Positions 55,572 through 64,000 of a stretch of 64,000 nucleotides of DNA are shown piece by piece; position 1 is the stretch's first letter, and the number at the start of each line of letters is the position of its first letter. The translations under genes and the position numbers were made by a program. Source of the DNA: a virus. Taxonomy: Duplodnaviria; Caudoviricetes. Under the pieces are notes generated by a model. The model did not search any database. It was not told the origin of the DNA and worked only from the letters and a program-made list of their open reading frames with translations. The stretch is from IMG/VR virus record IMGVR_UViG_3300030060_004467, positions 1,335 to 65,334 of that record. The stretch is one strand, 5' to 3'.

Positions 55572-58500
55572 TGGCAAATGGATTTGACCCAAGAAGCCAG
55601 TTCTATAGAGCTCAGGCATCTCAGGTAGCACAGAAAAGGCAGGCTCTAAACTTCGCTAAACAGCGTCAAGACGCTGAGGAAGCAACAAAGATAAAGAATG
55701 TAAATACGCTATCTGGCTTTCAGGCGTCTCAAATACCTGAGGGTCCTATGCGTGAGATATACGAGGAGCGTATCAGAGATGCTCAGGCGTATATGAATAG
55801 TGCTGGAGAATATGGTGGTGAAAACTATAGCGCTCTTGAGGCGGCTAATAAAATAGCTGGTCTGACAACCATGTTTAACAAGATGTCAGCTCATAATATG
55901 GGTGCGGTGGCAGAGGCTCAAGCGGCATACAAAAAGGGTGCTTTTGAGGTGGCTGATGACAGAGAGAGAATTAATCCTTATGGCGATCCTAGCGGCAACG
56001 CCGTATACTCCAACAACTCACCCGATGGGTACAGGTCTAGAGTGCAAAGACACAATAATTACTTTCAGTGGACTGGGGATTACGATGCAAACGGTGATCC
56101 GATAGGATATATGCTCGATGATGAGGGTAATCCAACTGGTGACCCTATGAGCATTTTTAAAATGCAGGGATATGCAAATCCAGCGTCTTTTGAGTCAGAT
56201 ACGGTTATTGAGGACATACCAGCACTTGTAGATATAGCAGAGGATCCAGTGCTTCAAAGAAGGATAAGCACCATTGCATCCGCACCTTCAACATTAAAAG
56301 AACTAAAAAACATAACAGACCCCGTTGAGAGACACAATTTTGTAATCAATAAAGTTTTACAGGATTACATGGGGCAGGGTAAGCAAGATGTAGAATTTCG
56401 TGAGTCTATCATTACACAGCTTCAAAGGCAGGGTAAAGAGTTTAAGCCAGAGCATATAGACAATTTCATAAACAACCCACTATCCGATCCTGAGCTTCTA
56501 TCAGATATCTTAGATCCCGCATCTGCTGTTCTTGCTGACCTTACATATACAGCACCAACCGTTTCTAGCCCGTTTAAAGGCACTCTTGAGGTTCAGGGTA
56601 GGGGCGGTTCTGCTGCAGATGCTCCGTATACGGTGAGAACAGATAGACTAGCAGATCCTGTTACTATTAGTGGCGGAGAAAACCTTCCAGGTGAATCTAC
56701 CAGCTACACAATTAACTCAGTAGGTATTGATCCAACCAATGGCGATATTCTTATACCGATTACCTATGAGGAGGAGGGTGAACCTATTTTGGACGCTTTG
56801 ACTGGGGCACAGACTGGCACCAGGACTAGCACTAGTCAACAGACACTTAGGATTCCAGGTGGTGACGTGAATCAGGCAGACCCATTGGCTCTAGAGGCAT
56901 TTGAAAACTTACCCGTTGGTCAGCAGGCCTTGATTCAGCAACGAGTAAATGAAAGAAATGTTAGATCAGATGCTGAGATTCAAGCTGAAATGGAGCGTCA
57001 GCAGCAAGATCAAATGGATCGTGAGCAACAATCAACTCAGCCACCAGCATCTACTGAAGCTGAGCAACAGGCTCAGGGTGCAACGGCTGCTGCAACCACT
57101 CAACAGGCTCAGGGTGCAACGGCTGCTGCAACCACTCAACAGGCTCAGGACACTCCAGCCGCTGATGAGACACTTGATATTCAGCCTATTGACCAGCAGG
57201 AGGAGGAGTTTGACGACGATCAGCCAGCGCAGGGTGCTGTGCCTCAGTCATTGAACAACGCCCCAGGTACAACTACAACAACATCCCCTGATGGCGGTCA
57301 GCTTGTATCTGTATCAAGCCTCCCTCAGAATCAGATAGATCTAGCAGCCAGGGCTACTGAGGTTAATCAAAGGTTCCCAGTCGGAGGACAATCTAGAACC
57401 CCTGAAATTGCAGCCGCCATAGAAACACTAAGAGACCCATCAGCTACAGATGGCGCAAGATCACGAGCTGAGTCAGTGCTTCAGGCAGAGGTTGATCGTG
57501 GTGATAGGATGGAAGATGTTACTAACACAGAAAGTGTTCCGTCCAACGCGGTAAACTATAGAGGTGGTGTTTATGTGCCCTCAAGTCAGGCCACTCAAAA
57601 CCCTGTGTCTATACCAGGGAGGGATGGCAGCTATGAATATTTAGGAGATAGAGTTACAACACCTAATCCTAATGAACAGCTATACAGACCTATGACTGCA
57701 GCTCAAAGAGAGCGCGGTGAAACAGGTATGGCGGGCGTATCCGTGCCTACATTTGGTCAAGATGTAAGTAGGGCTGAAGCTGCCATTACTGAGGCTATAG
57801 GAAACGCTGCTAGAGACTTAGGATTGGGATCGCTTGATGATAGGGCTGACGAAATAGGCAGAAGTATAGCTAATACATTGTTTGGGCCTAGTGATTTCAA
57901 AAGACAAACTGGTGAGTTTGTAGATGACGTTGCTGCTGGTGCATCTGAATTAGCGTCAGATCTTAGAGACAACACTGGCATGAATTTGCGTAGGGCTTAT
58001 GACGCAGTTGTAGATGCAGCACAGACAGGCGGTAGCGCCCTTATGGACTTTCTTAGGGGCTCAGGGCCTACTCAGGAAGAGGTTGATAGACAGAGATTTG
58101 ATGCTGCAAGAGAGCAACAGAGGCGAGATGAGGAGGCTGCTAGAGCACCATTACCAGAAACAGAACCTGTAGCTATTGATCCACCGACTCCATCAAGGGG
58201 TGCAGATACGCCCACTCCCATTACGGTACAGCCTCAATCGCCTAGACAGGCACAGGCTGAGGAGCAGCTTAGAGAGAGGCTTGAGGCAATAGAGTCAGAG
58301 CAGACACCAGAGTATATAAATGAACTTCAGAATCTAGTCCCAGAGATGAATCTAGTTTCTACATTTGAAGGTTACGCATCTGAAGGTCCAACTGCTACTA
58401 GGGCTAATGTTCCTAAGGGTGATGATGGTAAGCCACATAATAATAGCGGATACACTATAGGTGGATTAGATATATCAGAGCACTCCCTTGATGATCTTCC

Positions 58501-59032
58501 CTTCTTAAATAGAATACTTAAGGATGATGATTTTGAAAAAATCAAACAGTTAGAGGGTCTTAAGGGTAAGGCAGCTCAAGATAAATTAAACGAGCTATCT
58601 GAGGGTGATTTTGATGCAAATCTATCTTACCTCACACCTGACGATATTCGACTTATAGAGGCAGAGACATACAGAACTAAAATACTTCCAGATTTAAAGA
58701 ATGGTCTTGAAAAGAATAATGCATCAATAAGCGACTTTAAAAATCTACCTCTTAGTGTAAGGGATGCAATGAACTCTGTATTCTTCTTGTCGCCATCATC
58801 TAGTTCACCTAAGGCAACAAAACTTCTTGCTAACGCTATGAATAGCGGAGAGAATAGCGACTGGGAGAAACTTGTAAAGGAGCTTGACAGGTTCTGGGAT
58901 AGATCAGGTAAAACTCAAGAGAAGAGAGTAAAGGATAAGAATGACGGCATATCTCAGGGTCATGTAAACAGAATGCAGGCCAGTGCTGCTCAAATAGCAA
59001 AACAATACGGTATATCGTATACTAAGAGCTAA
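55571..59032 (+). CDS. Large ejection protein with C-terminal pesticin-like muramidase domain
   Basis: FEG...NVP...NSGYTIGGLD motif near the C-terminus. Confidence 0.55.
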   Translation: MANGFDPRSQFYRAQASQVAQKRQALNFAKQRQDAEEATKIKNVNTLSGFQASQIPEGPMREIYEERIRDAQAYMNSAGEYGGENYSALEAANKIAGLTTMFNKMSAHNMGAVAEAQAAYKKGAFEVADDRERINPYGDPSGNAVYSNNSPDGYRSRVQRHNNYFQWTGDYDANGDPIGYMLDDEGNPTGDPMSIFKMQGYANPASFESDTVIEDIPALVDIAEDPVLQRRISTIASAPSTLKELKNITDPVERHNFVINKVLQDYMGQGKQDVEFRESIITQLQRQGKEFKPEHIDNFINNPLSDPELLSDILDPASAVLADLTYTAPTVSSPFKGTLEVQGRGGSAADAPYTVRTDRLADPVTISGGENLPGESTSYTINSVGIDPTNGDILIPITYEEEGEPILDALTGAQTGTRTSTSQQTLRIPGGDVNQADPLALEAFENLPVGQQALIQQRVNERNVRSDAEIQAEMERQQQDQMDREQQSTQPPASTEAEQQAQGATAAATTQQAQGATAAATTQQAQDTPAADETLDIQPIDQQEEEFDDDQPAQGAVPQSLNNAPGTTTTTSPDGGQLVSVSSLPQNQIDLAARATEVNQRFPVGGQSRTPEIAAAIETLRDPSATDGARSRAESVLQAEVDRGDRMEDVTNTESVPSNAVNYRGGVYVPSSQATQNPVSIPGRDGSYEYLGDRVTTPNPNEQLYRPMTAAQRERGETGMAGVSVPTFGQDVSRAEAAITEAIGNAARDLGLGSLDDRADEIGRSIANTLFGPSDFKRQTGEFVDDVAAGASELASDLRDNTGMNLRRAYDAVVDAAQTGGSALMDFLRGSGPTQEEVDRQRFDAAREQQRRDEEAARAPLPETEPVAIDPPTPSRGADTPTPITVQPQSPRQAQAEEQLRERLEAIESEQTPEYINELQNLVPEMNLVSTFEGYASEGPTATRANVPKGDDGKPHNNSGYTIGGLDISEHSLDDLPFLNRILKDDDFEKIKQLEGLKGKAAQDKLNELSEGDFDANLSYLTPDDIRLIEAETYRTKILPDLKNGLEKNNASISDFKNLPLSVRDAMNSVFFLSPSSSSPKATKLLANAMNSGENSDWEKLVKELDRFWDRSGKTQEKRVKDKNDGISQGHVNRMQASAAQIAKQYGISYTKS
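57065..57149 (+). repeat. In-frame 36-bp tandem repeat (about 2.4 copies)
   Basis: CAACAGGCTCAGGGTGCAACGGCTGCTGCAACCACT twice plus a partial copy; encodes QQAQGATAAATT. Confidence 0.9.
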
Positions 59033-59065
59033 GTGCTCTAATCTTATAATTAAGTATATTTGCGT

Positions 59066-62000
59066 ATGGCAAATGAATTTGATAACACAGATCCTCTGCA
59101 GTTGAGCAATACGCCACAGGCAGCCGTTCCACAGCCTGTACAGCAACAAGCATCCGTTCCAGATCCAGTTCAGCCTCAACAGCCTGTTCAGACACAGAGA
59201 GAGCTAACTAACGAGGACCGCATCAATTTTTACAGAAGTAAGGGTTACTCAGATAGCCAGATCGTTGGCATTATGCAGGCATCGGGCAAGGCCACCCGTG
59301 ATCAGACTCAGGGTATTATTCTTGCTCAGCGAGAAATTAGAAATCGCGAGATCCTTGCAGAGAATGAAAGGCTCAAGAAGGAGCAGGAGGAGGCAGAGCG
59401 TCATCGCATTGAAAGAGAAAAGGCCCTTGAGGATCTCTTAAAAAAAAAAGATTCAGAATCGGTTCCTACCACTTTGCCTGGTGGCGCTCAAGTTCTTGAT
59501 GATCTAGGTTTACCACAGGAAGAGCCAAGAGATGTAGACGCAGAGATCAACGATCTTGTTCAGCAGGATGGCTTTGAAAGTCTTAGATACGAGAACTCTA
59601 GACCAGAAGATTACGATACACCAGAGCTTCTTCGTATGTATCAGGCCAATGGTCAGCTTGCTGATCTTGCCGTGAGCATGTCGTTGGGTGATGCTGGGAT
59701 AAAAGCAATTAAGGAGGGTAATGCAGCCGACCTGAAAGAGGTCATAGAAGCCTTGTCTGAGGATAATAGTGGATGGGGAGCCCTATACTCTCAGCATCTA
59801 ACGGGCGATAGCAGTGAACTACAGAAGGCTCTGTTTGACTTGTACGATGAATCTAACAGGCAGTCGTCACTGGCTATGCAGGAGCTCCAGTCTATCAACG
59901 AAGAGCTTGGACTACAGTGGAACTACAATCATGATAGTGATATAGATAGGGCTCAGGCTATGATGGAGTCCATGAGGATTAGAGAGGACGGAGAGAAAAC
60001 TACACAGAGGTATCAGGACATGCTGTTTAGCCAGCGTATGGCTAGGGCTAGATACGATGAGCTTGAGAATATGTTGCCAGACTGGATGGTGGCTAGGGGG
60101 GTGGCGGTGGGTAATTTTGTAAATACTATTAGATCTGTAATGCCAAATCAAATCGCTGGTCTGGCATTCGATCAGATAGGTGATAGAGATAGGGCTAACT
60201 ATTATATGGAAAAGGCACGGATGGTGTCTGACTACAATCAACAGCTAACGACGGAGAGAAACAAAAGGAGCTACGAGTTTACCGACGAGGAGCTACAAAT
60301 GGGGATAACTGATAGCATTATTTCTGCTTGGAATGGCGAGGGCGACGGTGGTTGGGGTCTTGTTGCTAGAAAGGCTGCTTCGACGTTTGAAGATGTATTA
60401 CCAGATGTAGTGCTTGCAATCGCCACTATGGGTGAGGGCACCTCAATGAAACAGATTGCAAAAGAAAGTCTTAAGGAGGCTACAGAAGCCTCTGTAAAAA
60501 GAGGTCTAAAAAGAAGAATACTTTTGGGCAACGGACTCACTAATGGAACCGCAGCACTATTTGGTATTAGAACCACTGGTGATGTTTATGAGTCGGTATT
60601 TGATGACCCCACTAGAAGTAAAAACGAGAAACTGTTTTTAGCTACAACTGTAGGAGTAGCGGAGGCTACTTTACAAAGAATCTTTGTTGGAGCCGAGGCT
60701 GCTATATCTAAAGGAGGAACCGCCTTTAAAAATTTCGCAACAGGCGCCGCCGAGAAGAATTGGAAGGAGTCTATGAAAGAGGCATTGAAGGGGGTTACAA
60801 AGAGGCAGATTGCTTTGAGAGGAGCTGGTCAGGCATCTGGCGAGTTTCTTGAAGAGGCACTGATTGAGACTATAGACCAGGGGGTTAGAATCATTCAGGA
60901 TAAGGCAGCTGGGAGAAAGAGCGATGATGTAAACTGGAATGCTATTATGGACGCTGGTCTCGCTGGTCTGCTGGGCACTGGACCTATGACCACGCTTCAG
61001 AGCACATCTGCAATGTTTGGTAATCACAAGGTTAAAAAAACTCGATCATTTATTGTAGAGCAACTCAGACAACTTGATAGAGACATAACCCTAGAGAGCA
61101 ACACCACCGTACTAGGTGGACTTAAGTCAAGGCGTAGAGAGCTTGAAGGGTACTTGAATCAACTGGAGGGTATGTCTGAGGCTGAGTATCATAAGCTTAC
61201 AGACAGCGAGAAAAAGCAAATCAATGCAATTCATAGAGAGCTTGCTACTACTCGTGATCAAATCAAAAGGGAAAAGAACTCAGACACCAAGAGAAGGCTA
61301 GAGGAGAGGTTTGAGGGCTTGTATAAAAGAAAGGTGGATATTGAGAAGGCAGCTGAGTCTAGAGCCTCTATGCCACCATCACCGCCTCTTGCAGATTCTG
61401 AGGGTAATGATGTGGCATCTAACGAAAAGGACGTAGACCCAGAGACTCAAAGAGAGCATGATGGTATGCGTGAAGAGCAGGATAGGGATGCTCCAGAGAT
61501 TACAGAGGCTATTGACAAAAAAGTTGACGGTCATGTTGCATCACACCGACGAGCTGTAGAAAGAGTTGGCTCAGATCCAGATAACGCAACTAGACACGCT
61601 AGAACAGCTAAAGGCATGCGCACAAAAGCTAAAAAGCTTTTGATGGCTGAGGGCATGACTGATGCTGAGGCTGAGGCAGAGATTGAAAGAAGAATCGGTA
61701 CAGCTGAAGCTGACACCGACACTAAGGGCCCCAGACCCTCTAGGTCTGTTGACCTAGATATTAACTCTGACACCGACGTAAATGCTGACTGGATTGGTGA
61801 GGGGCCAGGTCAGATACCGCTTCCCGTAGTGGCGCAGGTAGATAGAATGAAACGTGCATTTGGTAAGGTTCTAAATGCTATGGGCGTTAAGCTTAAGGTT
61901 CATTTAGATGCAGAATCATTTATGGATGAGACTGGCACGGGCAAGAACTCAAGAGGTGTTTATGATCCAAAAACCAAAACAATTCATCTTAATCCAAATA

Positions 62001-64000
62001 GTAGCGTTAAAGATGTTATTGAAGAGTTCGGTCATGCTGCTTTTAGATCTATACTTAAGACAGATTCTAAGTTTGCTCAAAAAGTATACGAATCTATTCT
62101 GCTTGAGGCAGGTATGGGCAAAGGACAGTTTGGTAGAATAGATCCTAAGACTGGTATGCTTGTCTTGCCTAAAAATTTTAGGGAGGATCCTGAACTTCAG
62201 AGATTAGCAAAAGAAAATCCATTTGCAGCAGCAGTGTTAAAAACGGAAGATCTTTATCCAGACTACGATAATGCAAGGCGAAGAGAAGAGACAATACTTG
62301 AGGCGATAAGAGAATATGCAACCAATCCAAGTAAGTTTAACGCTGCATCTAGAAGAGGTAGAGGAAGAACAAGGCTTGAGCAGCTTAAGGCCATTGTAAA
62401 TAGAGCTATGACCAAAGCTGGTCTAAGGGGTAACTTTATATCTGATGAAGGTGGCGCAGATTTTTACAGTTTTGCAAATAAATTTAAACTTGCAACTGAA
62501 GGTGTAGAGACTGACGTAACTATGGATGAGTCGGACTATACGGCCCAAACAAATGTTGAGGACTCAACAAAAAGAAAAAGAAATAGATCTAAGAAGAAGA
62601 AGCGAGTAGTTAGAGCTAGACAGGGAGAGACAAATGAGGAGGCTATACTTAGAGACAGGAGAGAGCAAGAAATTAAAAAGAAAAGACAGAGTCAAAGGGC
62701 TGTTGAAGACTTTGAAAGAACTCTTGATCAACCAGCACCTCCTGGAATTTTTGAGTCTAGAGAGGGTAGTGTATTTGATTATTTAAAGAACACTGAAGTA
62801 TTTTATGAGGCGGTGCCTCCACTTAGTGGTGGTGTAGTGAATCAAATGCCCCGTAGAAAATCTATTAAGGTAAAAGATTATTATCACTTTAGGAACTGGT
62901 ACAATTACATGACCAGGAATCAAACTGACAATAATATAAGACGTATGTACTACGTCCAGGATGGGGTCAAAAAGATGATAAACCCACCTAAGATTTCAAT
63001 AGATAAAGATACTGGTGAGCGTAAGTATATAGCTGGCCCAGAGACGTGGAGACAGAGGCAAATAAGATTAAATCAAGAGGCTTTTGAAAAAGCATCTAAG
63101 GCTAGAAGAACAGAGCTCAGAAGTCCTGATGACGTGGAGCCAGGGCAGTCTCTTGGAGACGGTAATGTCCAGCTTGAGTCGAGAGAGGGTGGTGTGTTTG
63201 ATCCCGAAACGTTTACGTTCGGATCAGATACATACGACATTGCTGAGGCGCAGCGCCTGTCGTCCAACAATGAGGTTAAGACGTTGCCGAATGAAAACCT
63301 GAGAAACCTCAGGATGCCATTCGTCCGTTTTAATCCTGAATTTGTCGACTCCGCTGATTTGTCGAGACCTATTATACTTGCCCCATACAGAGATCAGGGC
63401 CTCCTGATGATCGACGGAAACCACAGGGTCGAGAAGGCAATCAAGGAGGGGGTTGACCTAAAGTATGTTCAGCTAACCAAAGAGCAGACAGAAAAGATAC
63501 TCAACACTGGCGCCCTGGAGTCCAGAGAGGGTGGTGTATTCTCTGCCGCAAATCAGCTTCAAGCTCACAACGAAAACCGTGGATCTACATTTACGTTCGA
63601 CGGCGTAAACCAGGTGGGTAGGCCTATGTCTGCCGTGTCCATCTTCCCAGAGAGAAGCAGGATAATTACGGGACAACTTACTGAGGATCAGATAAATAAG
63701 TATGTTCAAGACAACAAAGACTTTACGTCAGGTAACGAGGACGTTCTTGCTATTGGTACGTGGTACGAAGCGCCAGAAAATCAGACATACCTTGACATAT
63801 CTGCGGTGCTGCCTCATGAGCAGGCAAATCAGCTCGGTAGAGACTACAACCAGAAAGCGGTATTCAATCTTGAGACACTAGAGGAGGTTGATACTGGAGG
63901 CACTGGTGAGGCCGTTCAAGGACTAAAGCCCGAGTCAGAGAGAGTGGCCGATCTTAGAAGAATGGCTGGTGAAAAGCTTGAGGCCAGAGCTGGTGGTGTG
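59066..64000 (+). CDS. Giant polyvalent protein, N-terminal part (at least 1645 aa, 3'-truncated; not in ORF track)
   Basis: ATG after TATATTTG; same frame at every point checked through to the window end; metallopeptidase-like GVYDP..IHLN..EEFGH and ParB-like PIILA..LMIDGNHR modules. Confidence 0.75.
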   Translation, partial: MANEFDNTDPLQLSNTPQAAVPQPVQQQASVPDPVQPQQPVQTQRELTNEDRINFYRSKGYSDSQIVGIMQASGKATRDQTQGIILAQREIRNREILAENERLKKEQEEAERHRIEREKALEDLLKKKDSESVPTTLPGGAQVLDDLGLPQEEPRDVDAEINDLVQQDGFESLRYENSRPEDYDTPELLRMYQANGQLADLAVSMSLGDAGIKAIKEGNAADLKEVIEALSEDNSGWGALYSQHLTGDSSELQKALFDLYDESNRQSSLAMQELQSINEELGLQWNYNHDSDIDRAQAMMESMRIREDGEKTTQRYQDMLFSQRMARARYDELENMLPDWMVARGVAVGNFVNTIRSVMPNQIAGLAFDQIGDRDRANYYMEKARMVSDYNQQLTTERNKRSYEFTDEELQMGITDSIISAWNGEGDGGWGLVARKAASTFEDVLPDVVLAIATMGEGTSMKQIAKESLKEATEASVKRGLKRRILLGNGLTNGTAALFGIRTTGDVYESVFDDPTRSKNEKLFLATTVGVAEATLQRIFVGAEAAISKGGTAFKNFATGAAEKNWKESMKEALKGVTKRQIALRGAGQASGEFLEEALIETIDQGVRIIQDKAAGRKSDDVNWNAIMDAGLAGLLGTGPMTTLQSTSAMFGNHKVKKTRSFIVEQLRQLDRDITLESNTTVLGGLKSRRRELEGYLNQLEGMSEAEYHKLTDSEKKQINAIHRELATTRDQIKREKNSDTKRRLEERFEGLYKRKVDIEKAAESRASMPPSPPLADSEGNDVASNEKDVDPETQREHDGMREEQDRDAPEITEAIDKKVDGHVASHRRAVERVGSDPDNATRHARTAKGMRTKAKKLLMAEGMTDAEAEAEIERRIGTAEADTDTKGPRPSRSVDLDINSDTDVNADWIGEGPGQIPLPVVAQVDRMKRAFGKVLNAMGVKLKVHLDAESFMDETGTGKNSRGVYDPKTKTIHLNPNSSVKDVIEEFGHAAFRSILKTDSKFAQKVYESILLEAGMGKGQFGRIDPKTGMLVLPKNFREDPELQRLAKENPFAAAVLKTEDLYPDYDNARRREETILEAIREYATNPSKFNAASRRGRGRTRLEQLKAIVNRAMTKAGLRGNFISDEGGADFYSFANKFKLATEGVETDVTMDESDYTAQTNVEDSTKRKRNRSKKKKRVVRARQGETNEEAILRDRREQEIKKKRQSQRAVEDFERTLDQPAPPGIFESREGSVFDYLKNTEVFYEAVPPLSGGVVNQMPRRKSIKVKDYYHFRNWYNYMTRNQTDNNIRRMYYVQDGVKKMINPPKISIDKDTGERKYIAGPETWRQRQIRLNQEAFEKASKARRTELRSPDDVEPGQSLGDGNVQLESREGGVFDPETFTFGSDTYDIAEAQRLSSNNEVKTLPNENLRNLRMPFVRFNPEFVDSADLSRPIILAPYRDQGLLMIDGNHRVEKAIKEGVDLKYVQLTKEQTEKILNTGALESREGGVFSAANQLQAHNENRGSTFTFDGVNQVGRPMSAVSIFPERSRIITGQLTEDQINKYVQDNKDFTSGNEDVLAIGTWYEAPENQTYLDISAVLPHEQANQLGRDYNQKAVFNLETLEEVDTGGTGEAVQGLKPESERVADLRRMAGEKLEARAGGV

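Noticed and set aside
57065-57149. 36-bp repeat as a mini-CRISPR
   Set aside because: The copies are directly adjacent without spacers and lie in frame in a low-complexity linker.
59438-59450. A10 run as a programmed frameshift or slippage site
   Set aside because: The frame stays open through it (LLKKKD) and I saw no long alternative frame or stimulatory structure.
1-64000. Stop-codon reassignment, diversity-generating retroelement, introns or prophage integration
   Set aside because: Genes tile densely under the standard code, and I saw no reverse transcriptase, template/variable repeat pair, intron-split core gene, integrase or host chromosomal genes.

Overview
This window is a 64-kb section of a tailed dsDNA phage genome, most likely infecting a marine Bacteroidota (Flavobacteriia) host. 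Host evidence is the TAnnTTTG promoters, the absence of Shine-Dalgarno motifs and a T9SS-type C-terminal domain. A non-coding stretch at about 22.0-22.5 kb separates two divergent arms. The minus-strand arm (21.9 to 7.9 kb) starts with a GC-richer cluster of small early genes. It continues into replication and recombination genes: a Rad52/Sak-like annealase, a RecE-like exonuclease, SSB, a primase-helicase and an endonuclease I-like resolvase. The plus-strand arm carries a podovirus-type morphogenesis module in crAss-like gene order: M15 peptidase, GroES-like protein, HNH, tRNA-Arg, terminase, portal, scaffold, major capsid, tail tubular/stabilisation proteins and ejection proteins. It ends in a giant polyvalent protein, whose probable C-terminus (LPD38) opens the window, followed by holin and an envelope-protein cassette. 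The main finding is four intact, covarying type I hammerhead ribozymes on the coding strand between consecutive small early ORFs. Two use the upstream ORF's UGA stop as part of the catalytic core, and all are predicted to cut 25-46 nt before the next start codon, suggesting a ribozyme-punctuated early operon. A tandem pair of non-canonical tRNA-like structures lies nearby. All functional calls come from motif recognition by eye; no database searches were run.
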